A stretch of 64,000 nucleotides of DNA from a virus. Lineage: Duplodnaviria > Heunggongvirae > Uroviricota > Caudoviricetes. The notes below the pieces were generated by a model that was not told the origin of the DNA, ran no database searches, and was given only the letters and a program-made list of their open reading frames with translations. This document shows positions 49,525 through 59,758 of the stretch, one piece after another. The DNA lies in the IMG/VR virus record IMGVR_UViG_3300021963_000025, positions 135,670-199,669 of that record. One strand, given 5' to 3'. The first letter of the stretch is position 1. Each line of letters starts with the position of its first letter. The translations under genes and the position numbers were made by a program.

Positions 49525-50280
49525 ATGAAAATTAGCATTGACAAAGTAGACCAAAACAACTTCATCGGTTTTGTGAATCGACTTAAAGTGATCGACACGT
49601 TCATCTACTTTAAAATTAAGGATGGAGTAGTACAAGCATCTGCATATCTTCCACAAAGAGATGCCGTTAAACATCACAGAATTCCAGTTGGACAAGTATT
49701 CCAATTAGATGAAAATGAAATTAACACAACAAAAGAATTAAAAATTGCATTCTTTGATGCTGGTCGTTTGACTGATGCATTTAAACAATTTGAATTTGGA
49801 AATATCCAAGCTGAAATTGAATTCGTAGAAAATGACGAGGATTTCGTAGCAACTGAATTCCGTATTTTTAACAACGAATTAGAAATTAAACTTGCATGTT
49901 CTGAGCCTTCATTAGGTTATAAAGACCTTACAGATGCTCAAATTGCTGGAATTTTCAATATTGACGCAGCAAACTATGTATTTGACATGGACTACACTGC
50001 AACTTCAAAAGTTCGTTCTCTTTTTGGATTGGACAAAGAAGAAACTTTCACTATCGCAACAAATGGAGATGGTGTCAGAATGAAAGGTAAAACTTACAAC
50101 TACCTTGTTACAGATTCATACCAAGGAAACAATCCTGGTAATGTAACTCTTTTCAAAAAATATTTAAACCTATTAGACAAAGAAGATTATTCAGCAAATG
50201 TTATGGATAACCGAGTTGTATTGCGCTCAAAAGATTCAGAAACATTACTAACTATCGCTACTTGCCAAACTGCTGAATAA
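49525..50280 (+). CDS. Probable sliding clamp (gp45-like)
   Basis: 251 aa with a two-domain alpha/beta pattern, directly upstream of the polymerase subunit; similarity is weak. Confidence 0.5.
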   Translation: MKISIDKVDQNNFIGFVNRLKVIDTFIYFKIKDGVVQASAYLPQRDAVKHHRIPVGQVFQLDENEINTTKELKIAFFDAGRLTDAFKQFEFGNIQAEIEFVENDEDFVATEFRIFNNELEIKLACSEPSLGYKDLTDAQIAGIFNIDAANYVFDMDYTATSKVRSLFGLDKEETFTIATNGDGVRMKGKTYNYLVTDSYQGNNPGNVTLFKKYLNLLDKEDYSANVMDNRVVLRSKDSETLLTIATCQTAE

Positions 50281-50283
50281 TTT

Positions 50284-51480
50284 ATGACAATCGACGAATT
50301 AATACTAAAACCAGAGAGTGAGTTATCACAGGATGAAATTAAAATCTTGGTTGAGCATTATTCTATGTTGTCAGCAAAGTTCGGTGCCTATGAGCAAGCA
50401 GTAAAAGTAATGCTTAACTCTATTTATGGTGCATTTGGAAACAAATGGTTTCACTTTTTTAATATAGACATCGCAGAATCGATCACACTACAAGGTCAAT
50501 CTGCGATTCTATATTCTGAAAAGATTCTAAACAAATATTTTCAAGAGTTTTGGACCAAAGATAGGGCAGTTCATGAATTTTTTAACATTCAAGTTAAGAG
50601 TAAATTGGTCCGACCATCGGTAGTTTATATCGATACCGATTCTTGTTACGTGCAATTTGAAGAGATGTATGAATCTATTGAATGGCTTGGAGACAAGTTA
50701 ACTATTGACCAATTCATTATGAAATTGTACAACTTCAGACTTAAAGATTATATCTTTAAATGTATGGAGAAATATGCGGAAGCCACCAATACTGAAAACT
50801 TCCTTGTGTTTGAATTAGAGACTATTGCATACTCTGGAATTTGGTTAGCTAAGAAAAAATACTTGCAGAATATTGCTTGGGAAGATAAGATTGGAATCGA
50901 AGAACGTTATCCTTCGCTTAAGAAGGTAAAAACTATCGGTTTTGATACTATTCAAAGTTCAACTCCAGCCCTTGCAAGAAAGCAATTAACTGAGATTCTT
51001 AAACTGATTCTTTCAGAAAAACCTACTGCTTCTCTATTGAAAAGACTTGTAGATTATTTGAAACAATGTAAAAAAGAATTTCAATTAGCAAGCGTTGATG
51101 AAATTTGTTTCAATAAAAGAACTAACAATCTTGAAAAATATATTGTAGATGATACTATAGAATTTCAATATGGTTTAAAATGTCCACCAAACGTAAAAGC
51201 TGCTGGGTTTTATAACTTCTTAATGAATCAAAATCCAAAGTTCAAGAACAAGTATAAGATGATTGGTAATGGAGAAAAGTTAAAGTTGTACCATTGTAAG
51301 CACGGAACTTGTGAGATATTTGCATACCAACCAGGCGCTCATCCTTATGAAATTGCTCCGCAAGTTGACTATGAAATGCAATTTGAAAAGAGTGTTATAG
51401 ACCCATTGAACCGAGTATTAACCGCAGTTGGTTTACACACATTAAATAGAAACTTAATTTATTCAACTTCATTATTTTAA
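50284..51480 (+). CDS. gp43B: Split family-B DNA polymerase, C-terminal subunit
   Basis: Motif B QAVKVMLNSIYGAFG, SITLQGQ, motif C YIDTDS, KKKY, SSTP; C-terminal clamp-binding-like SLF. Confidence 0.9.
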   Translation: MTIDELILKPESELSQDEIKILVEHYSMLSAKFGAYEQAVKVMLNSIYGAFGNKWFHFFNIDIAESITLQGQSAILYSEKILNKYFQEFWTKDRAVHEFFNIQVKSKLVRPSVVYIDTDSCYVQFEEMYESIEWLGDKLTIDQFIMKLYNFRLKDYIFKCMEKYAEATNTENFLVFELETIAYSGIWLAKKKYLQNIAWEDKIGIEERYPSLKKVKTIGFDTIQSSTPALARKQLTEILKLILSEKPTASLLKRLVDYLKQCKKEFQLASVDEICFNKRTNNLEKYIVDDTIEFQYGLKCPPNVKAAGFYNFLMNQNPKFKNKYKMIGNGEKLKLYHCKHGTCEIFAYQPGAHPYEIAPQVDYEMQFEKSVIDPLNRVLTAVGLHTLNRNLIYSTSLF

Positions 51481-51482
51481 TT

Positions 51483-51674
51483 ATGGACATCAACATCGAC
51501 GACTTAACACCGGATCAAAAAGATTATGTCAATCAATACAAGAGAATCAATACAAGACTTGAAACTCTTATGACACAAATGGCAGTAATACAAAACGAAA
51601 CTCAAGTTCTAATAGAGGAACTTGAAGACCTTAGAAAAAAAGAAACAAAACAATATAAAAATGGCGAAAAATAA
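51483..51674 (+). CDS. Small coiled-coil hypothetical protein
   Basis: In-operon 63-aa ORF. Confidence 0.55.
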   Translation: MDINIDDLTPDQKDYVNQYKRINTRLETLMTQMAVIQNETQVLIEELEDLRKKETKQYKNGEK

Positions 51675-52779
51675 ATTTACATTCGACGACTTAAACTCAG
51701 AACTTGCGGGATTAAACCCATTAGGTTCTGTTATGGACAAATCAGATTTCTCTGAAGTTACCGAATGGATTCATACCGGAAACTATCACTTAAATGCATG
51801 CCTATCTGGAAGTTTATTTGGTGGATGGCCAAATAACCGATCTTGCTCGATCGCTGGACCTTCAGGAACCGGTAAAACATTCTTGACCTTGAACTCAGTT
51901 AGAGAGGCAATCAATATGGGTTACTACGTAATCTATTATGATTCAGAAGCTGCCGTCGACAAAGACCAGATGTTGAAATTTGGTATTGATACAAGTAAAG
52001 TAAACTACCAGCCAGTAAATACAGTGCAAGAGTTCAGAACTTCGATTACTTCGATTACTCAAAAAATGCAAGAGGTTAAAAGAAAAGGCGGAGAGATTCC
52101 AAAGATTATGATTATTTTGGATAGTGCTGGTAACCTTGCAACTGCAAAAGAAATCGAAGATGCGGCGACTGGAAGTGAGAAAGCAGATATGACACGTTCT
52201 AAAATTTTAAAGTCAATCTTTAGAATTATTATGACCCCATTGGCTGACTTAAAGATTCCATTCTTATTTACAAATCACACTTACCAAACACAAGACTTTA
52301 TTTCACGACAAGTTGCCGGAGGTGGTACTGGACCTGAATATGCCGCTTCAATAGTTCTTATGTTAAATAAGGCACAATTGAAAGACGGAGCTGAAAAAGT
52401 TGGTATTATTGTAACCGCAAAACCTGACAAGAATCGATTTGCCAAACCACACCCAATTAAATTCCACCTGGACTTTACTAAAGGTATGAACCCTTATGTT
52501 GGATTAGAACAATATGCAACATGGGATATTTGTGGAATCACTAGAGGTTCTATCGAAAAGGGTATTAAAACTCCTAAAGCGACTGCAAGAGGTTGGATTT
52601 GTAAACACTTAGATGAAACTGTTTCAAATGCAGAATTCTTTACTGAAAAGGTTTTCACTAAAGAGGTACTTGAGCAAATCAACGAGCACATCAAACCACT
52701 TTTTAACTACAACACTTCGGCTGAAACTCTTGATAATGAAATTGGAGAGTTATTAAACGAGGACTTACGCATGGAATAA
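51661..52779 (+). CDS. uvsX: RecA-like recombinase UvsX
   Basis: GPSGTGKT, YYDSE, ILDS, ADMTR, TNHTY, GGG; ATG at 51661. Confidence 0.92.
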   Translation: MAKNKFTFDDLNSELAGLNPLGSVMDKSDFSEVTEWIHTGNYHLNACLSGSLFGGWPNNRSCSIAGPSGTGKTFLTLNSVREAINMGYYVIYYDSEAAVDKDQMLKFGIDTSKVNYQPVNTVQEFRTSITSITQKMQEVKRKGGEIPKIMIILDSAGNLATAKEIEDAATGSEKADMTRSKILKSIFRIIMTPLADLKIPFLFTNHTYQTQDFISRQVAGGGTGPEYAASIVLMLNKAQLKDGAEKVGIIVTAKPDKNRFAKPHPIKFHLDFTKGMNPYVGLEQYATWDICGITRGSIEKGIKTPKATARGWICKHLDETVSNAEFFTEKVFTKEVLEQINEHIKPLFNYNTSAETLDNEIGELLNEDLRME

Positions 52780-52780
52780 T

Positions 52781-53092
52781 ATGGAAGTGAATCTTAATCG
52801 ACTAGATGAAGACAAACTACCCATTAAATATATTTTAGGCATCCATGAACAACTAGAAAGTTTTCCGGATGCCTTTGATATTATCCATGTTTATGTTGTC
52901 GAAACTATGAAAAAACCAGACCGACCTCGTATCAATTTTACAAAGCACTCATTGATGACATATCATGCATGTGGTAATATTGAAAATGCGGAGAGAGGTT
53001 TACAACAAGCAATTCAACTTGGTTTAATTGAACAAACGCACTTTGAAGAGGGAAAAGAGGCATACAAAATTTTAATTAACCCGTTCCAATAA
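52781..53092 (+). CDS. Hypothetical protein (possible winged helix)
   Basis: In-operon ORF. Confidence 0.5.
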   Translation: MEVNLNRLDEDKLPIKYILGIHEQLESFPDAFDIIHVYVVETMKKPDRPRINFTKHSLMTYHACGNIENAERGLQQAIQLGLIEQTHFEEGKEAYKILINPFQ

Positions 53093-53120
53093 GAAACTTT
53101 ACCCTAAAACTGCTTATAAT
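53091..53120 (+). promoter_or_regulatory. AAGAAAC-N17-TATAAT promoter-like element
   Basis: Upstream of the helicase. Confidence 0.5.
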
Positions 53121-53132
53121 CTAAAAAAATAT

Positions 53133-54446
53133 ATGAAATTCGGACAAGATTTTGAAAAAATATTCTTTAAGTTATCTTTGGCAAAACCAAAGTACCTAGA
53201 GAAAATACATAAAGGCTTTTATACTTCAGACGAAATAGACACGATGCACTTTTTGGCAACGAAGTTCTATGACAAATTCCATGAGTCGCCAAAAGCGGAT
53301 CAAATGAAAATTCTATCTCAAAGTCCTAAATTTAAAGGAATGATAGATGAAAATATCATTGAATTGGTTTACAAAACTGACCTTACTCAATATGATGAGG
53401 AATGGCTAGTTTCTACCGCTGAGGCTTGGATTAAATGGAGAACGTTCGATACTACCCTAATCGATACGATTGAGTACATTAAAACTACTGAAGTTACTCC
53501 AGAGAATGCAGATTCAATCATCTCAAAAGTTAAGAGTTTAATCAATGACCGAAATTCAATCGTATTTAACTCAGATATTGGATTAGATTTCTTTAATCCA
53601 GAAGACCACCATCAAAAGAATGGTTCCAAAGTATCAACTGGATATAACTTTTTAGACAGATTACTTTCAGGAGGTTATGACAAAGATGGTTCATTAGTAG
53701 TTTATGTTGGAGAACAAAATATTGGTAAGTCTATTTTCTTAGCAAATGACGCTTCAAACTTTGTTAAAATGGGCGTTAACACTGCATTTGTTTCAGCAGA
53801 GATGGCAGCTCATAAAGTTCTTAAAAGAATTGGAGCAAACCTACTTACAATACCAATGAACGAATATGACGCCAAAGCCGAAAATAAAGACTTAATGAAA
53901 AGAAAGCTTGAAAATGTAGGTGATGGTTTAACTCCACCAGGACAATTATTTGTTAAACAATTTCCAACGTCACAAGCAACCGTACCAGATATTGAAGCCT
54001 ATTTAAAACAAATAGAAGAGGAACGTAAAATAAAACTAGGAGCTATTGTTATTGACTACATTAACATCTTAGCAAACCATAGAAATCCAAACTCTGAAAA
54101 CACATATCTTAAAATCAAGCAAATTGCCGAAGATTTACGTGCAATGGGAGTAAGAAATGGATGGTTGATAGTTACTGCAACACAGATTAATCGAAACAAC
54201 TATAATTCAAGTGATATTGGAATGGGAGACGTTGCAGAATCCGCTGGTCTTTCACATACTGCAGATTTGATGCTTGGAATTATTCAAGACGATATTATGA
54301 GAGCATCATTTGAATATTGGCTTAAAGTACTAAAAATTAGAGATGGTGAAGGTAAGGGAGTTAAATGCCGACTAGATATTAATTATCAATACATGAGACT
54401 TACTGAAACCGATGACGTTACAAATTCGAACATACACAACTTATAA
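53133..54446 (+). CDS. gp41: Replicative DnaB-family helicase (T4 gp41-like)
   Basis: GEQNIGKS, SAEM, IDYINI, AEDLRA, TATQINR, AESAGL, KIRDG. Confidence 0.92.
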   Translation: MKFGQDFEKIFFKLSLAKPKYLEKIHKGFYTSDEIDTMHFLATKFYDKFHESPKADQMKILSQSPKFKGMIDENIIELVYKTDLTQYDEEWLVSTAEAWIKWRTFDTTLIDTIEYIKTTEVTPENADSIISKVKSLINDRNSIVFNSDIGLDFFNPEDHHQKNGSKVSTGYNFLDRLLSGGYDKDGSLVVYVGEQNIGKSIFLANDASNFVKMGVNTAFVSAEMAAHKVLKRIGANLLTIPMNEYDAKAENKDLMKRKLENVGDGLTPPGQLFVKQFPTSQATVPDIEAYLKQIEEERKIKLGAIVIDYINILANHRNPNSENTYLKIKQIAEDLRAMGVRNGWLIVTATQINRNNYNSSDIGMGDVAESAGLSHTADLMLGIIQDDIMRASFEYWLKVLKIRDGEGKGVKCRLDINYQYMRLTETDDVTNSNIHNL

Positions 54447-54448
54447 AA

Positions 54449-54892
54449 ATGAGAACACAAAGAGACAAAATATTCGACAACACATTTGAAGAGAGTGAAT
54501 TTGAATTAGACAGTTCATTTTCTTTTGAAATTGCACCAAGTTATTTAGACAATCGAGACGAAGAGGACAAAATTGAAACGCAAATAATAGTTACAAAAAT
54601 TCATGAGCTAATTGAATCTTCTCGATTCAAACACTTTAATAACATCAACGAATTTAATGAGACTGTTAAATTAAAAAAGAATGAAATTAACGAAATCTAT
54701 GAATTTATTTCAGACGAACTTAGACCACATCATTCAATCATAGAAGTATTTTCAGAATTGTGCGATTACTTTAATGTAAATCCAACAAAATTCTACCAAT
54801 CACTAGGAAACAAATTTAAAGAGGAGCTAATCGAGGTATTAGACAAGAAGACAAACGTACTAAAGAAAAAGCATATAAATAGATTATTCTAA
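54449..54892 (+). CDS. Hypothetical protein, possibly gp33-like late coactivator
   Basis: C-terminal SIIEVFSELCDYFNV...LGNKFKEELIE loosely resembles gp33. Confidence 0.3.
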   Translation: MRTQRDKIFDNTFEESEFELDSSFSFEIAPSYLDNRDEEDKIETQIIVTKIHELIESSRFKHFNNINEFNETVKLKKNEINEIYEFISDELRPHHSIIEVFSELCDYFNVNPTKFYQSLGNKFKEELIEVLDKKTNVLKKKHINRLF

Positions 54893-54894
54893 CT

Positions 54895-56007
54895 ATGATT
54901 GAGCAAGCAACTTTAAACAAGCCAGTAAAAAGAATTTGGATTCTGGGTGATATGCACCTAGGTGTCCGATCGAGTTCATTGGAATGGTTAGAAATGCAAA
55001 AAGATTTCTATGACAATCAATTTATTCCGACACTTTTAGAAAACTACGAAGAGGGAGATATATTGGTTCAAGTTGGAGATGCTTTCGATAATAGACAAAG
55101 TGTAAACATTCGAGTTCTACATTATGCAATCGATCTATTTGAAAGACTTGGTAAAATTTTACCAACTCATGTAATTTGCGGGAACCATGATATTTGGGCA
55201 AAGAAAAGTAATGATGTAAGTTCTATTGACGCCCTTAAATGGATTCCAAATGTAAGTATTTACAAAGAACCCCAAACATTTAACTGGGGTGGAAGAGAAG
55301 TCTTATTGATGCCATGGAGACGAGATACAGAACATGAGATCGAAACTTTAGATGCCTACCCAAATACTGAAATTGTATTTTGCCATTCAGAAGTTCGAGG
55401 TATTAAATTAAACAAGAAGGTTGATAATCACCACGGAACAGATTCTACATCTTACGATCGATTTACTGCAGTTTATTCAGGACATATTCATTATAGACAG
55501 AGAAGAGGCCAATTAAGAATGGTTGGAACTCCATACGAACTTACCCGTTCAGATATGGATAACACTAAAGGATTTGACTTGGTTAATTTAGAAGACATGC
55601 AGGAAACTTTCTTTGAGAATACAATATCACCAAAGTTTGTTAAATTCAATCTAACTAATCTTTATAATACACCTCTTGGGGAATTTAAAGATGCTATTAG
55701 AAACAATTTTGTAGACCTCTATGTTCCATCAAATATTGCAACCACATCGGCTCTATCGCGACTGATTAATAAAGTACAAACAATAAGTAGAAAAATTGAC
55801 CCCAATATCTACGAACAAGACACATTCTTAGACGAGGATTCATACGACATGGACCAGATCGAGGACCTATACAAAAATTATAATATCCTGCATCTTTGTA
55901 ATATCTATGTTGATAATACTGTGCATGCTGAGGATGTTAAAACACAAATCAAAGATCGTTTAAAGAAACTTCACGATTTTTATGCATATAATAATCAAAT
56001 GGATTAA
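54895..56007 (+). CDS. gp47: Recombination nuclease, Mre11/SbcD-like (gp47)
   Basis: GDMHLG, GDAFDNR, GNHD, SGHIH. Confidence 0.9.
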   Translation: MIEQATLNKPVKRIWILGDMHLGVRSSSLEWLEMQKDFYDNQFIPTLLENYEEGDILVQVGDAFDNRQSVNIRVLHYAIDLFERLGKILPTHVICGNHDIWAKKSNDVSSIDALKWIPNVSIYKEPQTFNWGGREVLLMPWRRDTEHEIETLDAYPNTEIVFCHSEVRGIKLNKKVDNHHGTDSTSYDRFTAVYSGHIHYRQRRGQLRMVGTPYELTRSDMDNTKGFDLVNLEDMQETFFENTISPKFVKFNLTNLYNTPLGEFKDAIRNNFVDLYVPSNIATTSALSRLINKVQTISRKIDPNIYEQDTFLDEDSYDMDQIEDLYKNYNILHLCNIYVDNTVHAEDVKTQIKDRLKKLHDFYAYNNQMD

Positions 56008-56009
56008 AT

Positions 56010-57683
56010 ATGAAAATACAAAGTATTGAACTAAAAAACTTTGCATCCTATGGTAATCAAGTTCAAACAATAAAATTCGAAGATGATAAATCTGAGCTAT
56101 TTTTAACACTGGGTAAAAATGGTGAAGGCAAGACAACTATTGCTAACGCGATAGTTTTTGCGCTTTACGGTAAAGTCGAAGGTGTTAAAATGTCTGACCT
56201 TCCAAATCGAATTAATAAAGAACTTTGGGTCAGAATAACCCTACACTGTAAAAGTATTGAGGTTGTTATTGAAAGAGGTCTGGCTCCTGGAATTTTTAAA
56301 GTTCTCCTAAATGGAATTGAATTTGATAAGGCAGGAAAACGTTCAGTACAAGAATATCTTGAAGAGGAAATCTTTGGGATCCCATATCATGTATTCAAAA
56401 ACATCATTATTCTTTCTGTTAATGACTTTAAGTCTTTTTTAACGATGAGTAATAGTGACAAGCGTCAAATTATAGACAAAATGTTTGGATTCTCTATCTT
56501 AAATGAAATGCAAAATGCACTTAAAGAGGAGAGACGAAACCTTAAAAACGATATCGATGGATTTGCCAGAGAATTGGTACAAATAAATGAGAACATACAA
56601 TCAGTTCAAACTAAATTGGACCAATTAATGGCCGAAAGCCAGGAAAAGGACAAAAAGAAAATTCAACATCTTAAAGATTCTCTTGTTAAATACGATGAGA
56701 ATAAAAAGAAATTGGAAGAGGCCCAAGGTAAAATTACTGCAAGTATTAAAGGTTTAAATTTAGAACTCCAAACAAAACAATCGACTGAAACTGAACTTAA
56801 GTTTAAAATAAACGAACTTAAAAAGAAATTGGAATTGTATGAAAATAATACATGCCCAACTTGCGAACATGAACTTACTGGAGAATTTCATAACTCTAGA
56901 AAGGATGAGCTTGAAAGCGAACTAAAGGATATTCCAAGTCGACTACTAAAAGTTTCAAAAGAAGTTTCAAACGTAAGAGATTCTATTAGCGATCTTAGAG
57001 ACAAAGACAGCGCTGTGCGCGACAAAGTATCTTCTCTTAATGCAAACATTGCAAACTTTAAAAAAGAATTATTGGCAATTTCAGCAGCAATCAAAGGTTC
57101 TACTGATTTCTCCCACATGGAGCAAATTATTGCCGACTTTGAAACACAAGAATTGGAGAAGGGAAATCTAAAAGATACTAAAACAGTTGACTACAATTTC
57201 TTAGAAATGGTTGAAGAGGTTCTTGGAGAGGATGGAGTTAAAAATCTTGCAATTAAGACTATATTGCCCGGATTGAATGCAAACATTGCAGCTATGACCC
57301 AGACAATGCACCTTCACTTCCACCTCCGATTTGATGAGAAATTCAATTGTATTATCAATCACTTAGGAGAGGAAATAAATCCAATGACCCTTTCAACAGG
57401 TGAACGAAAGAAGGCAGACTTTATAATTATCATTGCAATTATCAAAATCTTAAAGTTAAGATTCCCACAATTAAATCTACTTTTCTTAGATGAGTTGTTA
57501 AGTTCTGTCGATCAAGACGGGATCCATAATATTTTAAAAATCTTGAGTGGAGTAATTAAAGAGAGCAAAATAAATTGTTTTGTGATAAACCATACACCGT
57601 TACCTCACGAGATATTTGATAAAAAGATTCAAATTTTTAGAGAAAATGGATTCTCTAAGTTTGATATTGAACTAATAGAATAA
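56010..57683 (+). CDS. gp46: Recombination ATPase, Rad50/SbcC-like (gp46)
   Basis: GKNGEGKTT, zinc hook CPTC, LSTGE, LFLDE. Confidence 0.92.
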   Translation: MKIQSIELKNFASYGNQVQTIKFEDDKSELFLTLGKNGEGKTTIANAIVFALYGKVEGVKMSDLPNRINKELWVRITLHCKSIEVVIERGLAPGIFKVLLNGIEFDKAGKRSVQEYLEEEIFGIPYHVFKNIIILSVNDFKSFLTMSNSDKRQIIDKMFGFSILNEMQNALKEERRNLKNDIDGFARELVQINENIQSVQTKLDQLMAESQEKDKKKIQHLKDSLVKYDENKKKLEEAQGKITASIKGLNLELQTKQSTETELKFKINELKKKLELYENNTCPTCEHELTGEFHNSRKDELESELKDIPSRLLKVSKEVSNVRDSISDLRDKDSAVRDKVSSLNANIANFKKELLAISAAIKGSTDFSHMEQIIADFETQELEKGNLKDTKTVDYNFLEMVEEVLGEDGVKNLAIKTILPGLNANIAAMTQTMHLHFHLRFDEKFNCIINHLGEEINPMTLSTGERKKADFIIIIAIIKILKLRFPQLNLLFLDELLSSVDQDGIHNILKILSGVIKESKINCFVINHTPLPHEIFDKKIQIFRENGFSKFDIELIE

Positions 57684-57695
57684 GATATATACCTA

Positions 57696-58517
57696 ATGGC
57701 AAACTATAACCAAAAATTTAACTCTGACGATAGTGTAATTAGACACATCATTATTGGATTTTTAGCCGATTTGAATTCTAAATTGTATTTTCATCGACAA
57801 ATATCTAATACTGAAAGAATTGTCGTAGATGTTCCATTCTACTATTCAATAACTGGGGATGACCAGTTCTTGAGAGACCAGTTCTTATTTTCAACGGCTT
57901 CTGGACCAAATTGTACACCTGATAAGGCGCATGCAGATGCAAATTATGATGCAGTACCAAGAGGAATTGTAAACCTTAGTGGACTTACAATTGATTCTGC
58001 AAAATTGGTTAATAAAAGAACCATGGGTAATTATACCAAAATGAACGAAGAAGGAATTATAGAAGCCTATGTTGCTGAATTTGATATGATTCCAGTGAAT
58101 ATAAACTTTGACATTGAAATATTGGTATCTTCAACGCTTGATTCTTTTAAAATAACTGAAGCAATCATTAAAAGAATGTACAAATCAAACTATTTTAACG
58201 TAGAAGTTGGACATTTAGAAGAGGGCAATTACAGAATTTCATCTTATTATGCTCTTCCAGAAGATTATTCACAAGAGAGACCGGTCGGATTTACATACGA
58301 AGACAAAGACAGATACAAAATAACATTTCCAATTGAAGTTAACTCATTCCTTCCAGCATTTAACTGGGGTAATGAACAAAGTTTCGGTATTAATAAACGT
58401 TCTACTGAACAATTTGCAGGAAACCGAATGTTTACGATCGATACTAATGTAATCAATAAAGCAACTAACGAAGAAAGTAATAGAGTTATTGATGAAACTG
58501 ATATTGATAATAGGTAA
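57696..58517 (+). CDS. Tail sheath stabiliser/terminator (gp15-like)
   Basis: IRHIIIGF...VPFYY...VPR...PVNINFDIEI; GATATATA at 57684. Confidence 0.65.
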   Translation: MANYNQKFNSDDSVIRHIIIGFLADLNSKLYFHRQISNTERIVVDVPFYYSITGDDQFLRDQFLFSTASGPNCTPDKAHADANYDAVPRGIVNLSGLTIDSAKLVNKRTMGNYTKMNEEGIIEAYVAEFDMIPVNINFDIEILVSSTLDSFKITEAIIKRMYKSNYFNVEVGHLEEGNYRISSYYALPEDYSQERPVGFTYEDKDRYKITFPIEVNSFLPAFNWGNEQSFGINKRSTEQFAGNRMFTIDTNVINKATNEESNRVIDETDIDNR

Positions 58518-58556
58518 ATAATTAATGATATATAAATAAAATAAAAATAAAACAAT

Positions 58557-59636
58557 ATGACAACTAATATTCTAGCACCATTTGTTAAATTAGACGAATC
58601 TTTCCAGTTTTACGTAAGCGGAAGATTATTCGAAATGAATGAAACTGAAATTAAAGAAGTTGAAGGGACTACCAATTCAACCTTAATTAATGCAATCAAT
58701 GCATTTGAATCTTTTCAATTCGCAGAAGATTCAGTAAAATGGTTCCATGGACCAAGCAAATTTATCTACAATTTAACTGAAGGTATTTTCCAACATAACA
58801 ATTCAGAAATTATTGGAAATTCATTCTCAAATCACGTAATGGCTGCCGGTCATATTAGATATGGAGAAAAACCAATTGCTGAATTATTTGAATCTCTTCC
58901 AACCCTATTAGAGAACTTTGTAACTCTTGATTTTGCTGCGACATTTGAAGGAAATGAAGTAACTGTAAATCTTTTTATCTTAAATGAAGATGTTTATGTT
59001 GCACGTACAAATCACTCAAACAAAATTTCAAAATTCTTTAAAGCAAAAAATGCTAACGAAGCGGTAGACTACGTTACTAAAGAAACTGGAGAATCTGCGC
59101 TTTCTTTCTTAAAAGAGATGGTTGAAGGAGAATCTGCTGAACTTGCAATCAAAGAAGAAAAACTTGCAACTTACGAATCGATGATTTCTTTCTTAAAAGA
59201 CCAAAAAGGTTTATTAGCAAACGCTGATAGAAACGATGAGTCTATTAAAGAGGCTGAGTCTTTAATCAATGGAGAAATCAAAGTATGGGAGGACAAGATT
59301 GCTCAATTAGATGAAGCCGTTAAGTTTATTGATTTTCTTTTTAATTCACATCTAGACCATAACCCATGTTGTGATATATTAGAAGGACACTTGGACAGAG
59401 ATACCTTTATAACATACGGAATCTATGTTAAAGACGATGGTTCTAGAAAGGTTGGAGATGAATTTATGGAATACTACACAGGTGAAAACTATATGGTAGG
59501 TTCTTCTAAAAAATCTAACAGTAGAGTATATGAGCCTAGTAAAATACCAGCAAAGTATAAAGCTGCTTGGGAAGAATTGCGTACTACTTACCAAAATGAA
59601 TATAAAGGTTCAGGAGTATCGACAAGAAATAGATAA
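58557..59636 (+). CDS. Hypothetical virion protein
   Basis: Follows GATATATA at 58527; coiled coil, then an LDEA linker and an extra C-terminal module. Confidence 0.5.
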   Translation: MTTNILAPFVKLDESFQFYVSGRLFEMNETEIKEVEGTTNSTLINAINAFESFQFAEDSVKWFHGPSKFIYNLTEGIFQHNNSEIIGNSFSNHVMAAGHIRYGEKPIAELFESLPTLLENFVTLDFAATFEGNEVTVNLFILNEDVYVARTNHSNKISKFFKAKNANEAVDYVTKETGESALSFLKEMVEGESAELAIKEEKLATYESMISFLKDQKGLLANADRNDESIKEAESLINGEIKVWEDKIAQLDEAVKFIDFLFNSHLDHNPCCDILEGHLDRDTFITYGIYVKDDGSRKVGDEFMEYYTGENYMVGSSKKSNSRVYEPSKIPAKYKAAWEELRTTYQNEYKGSGVSTRNR

Positions 59637-59666
59637 TAAAAATGAATCACTTTCATATAATAAACT

Positions 59667-59691
59667 AGAGGGGTCGCCAAGCGTCCCCTTT
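59667..59691 (+). terminator. Terminator-like hairpin
   Basis: AGAGGGG-T-CGC/GCG-T-CCCCTTT; short T-run. Confidence 0.55.
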
Positions 59692-59707
59692 GGTGTCTAA
59701 GCTGGAA

Positions 59708-59737
59708 TTGAAACAGAATCAACAATCCATTATATAA
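59708..59737 (+). promoter_or_regulatory. TTGAAAC-N18-TATAA promoter-like element
   Basis: Upstream of the late sigma factor. Confidence 0.55.
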
Positions 59738-59758
59738 ACCTAAACTAAATAAAATAAA

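Noticed and set aside
44096-50283. Intron or intein interrupting the polymerase
   Set aside because: The interval holds ordinary genes with their own signals; no homing endonuclease or splice-junction residues.
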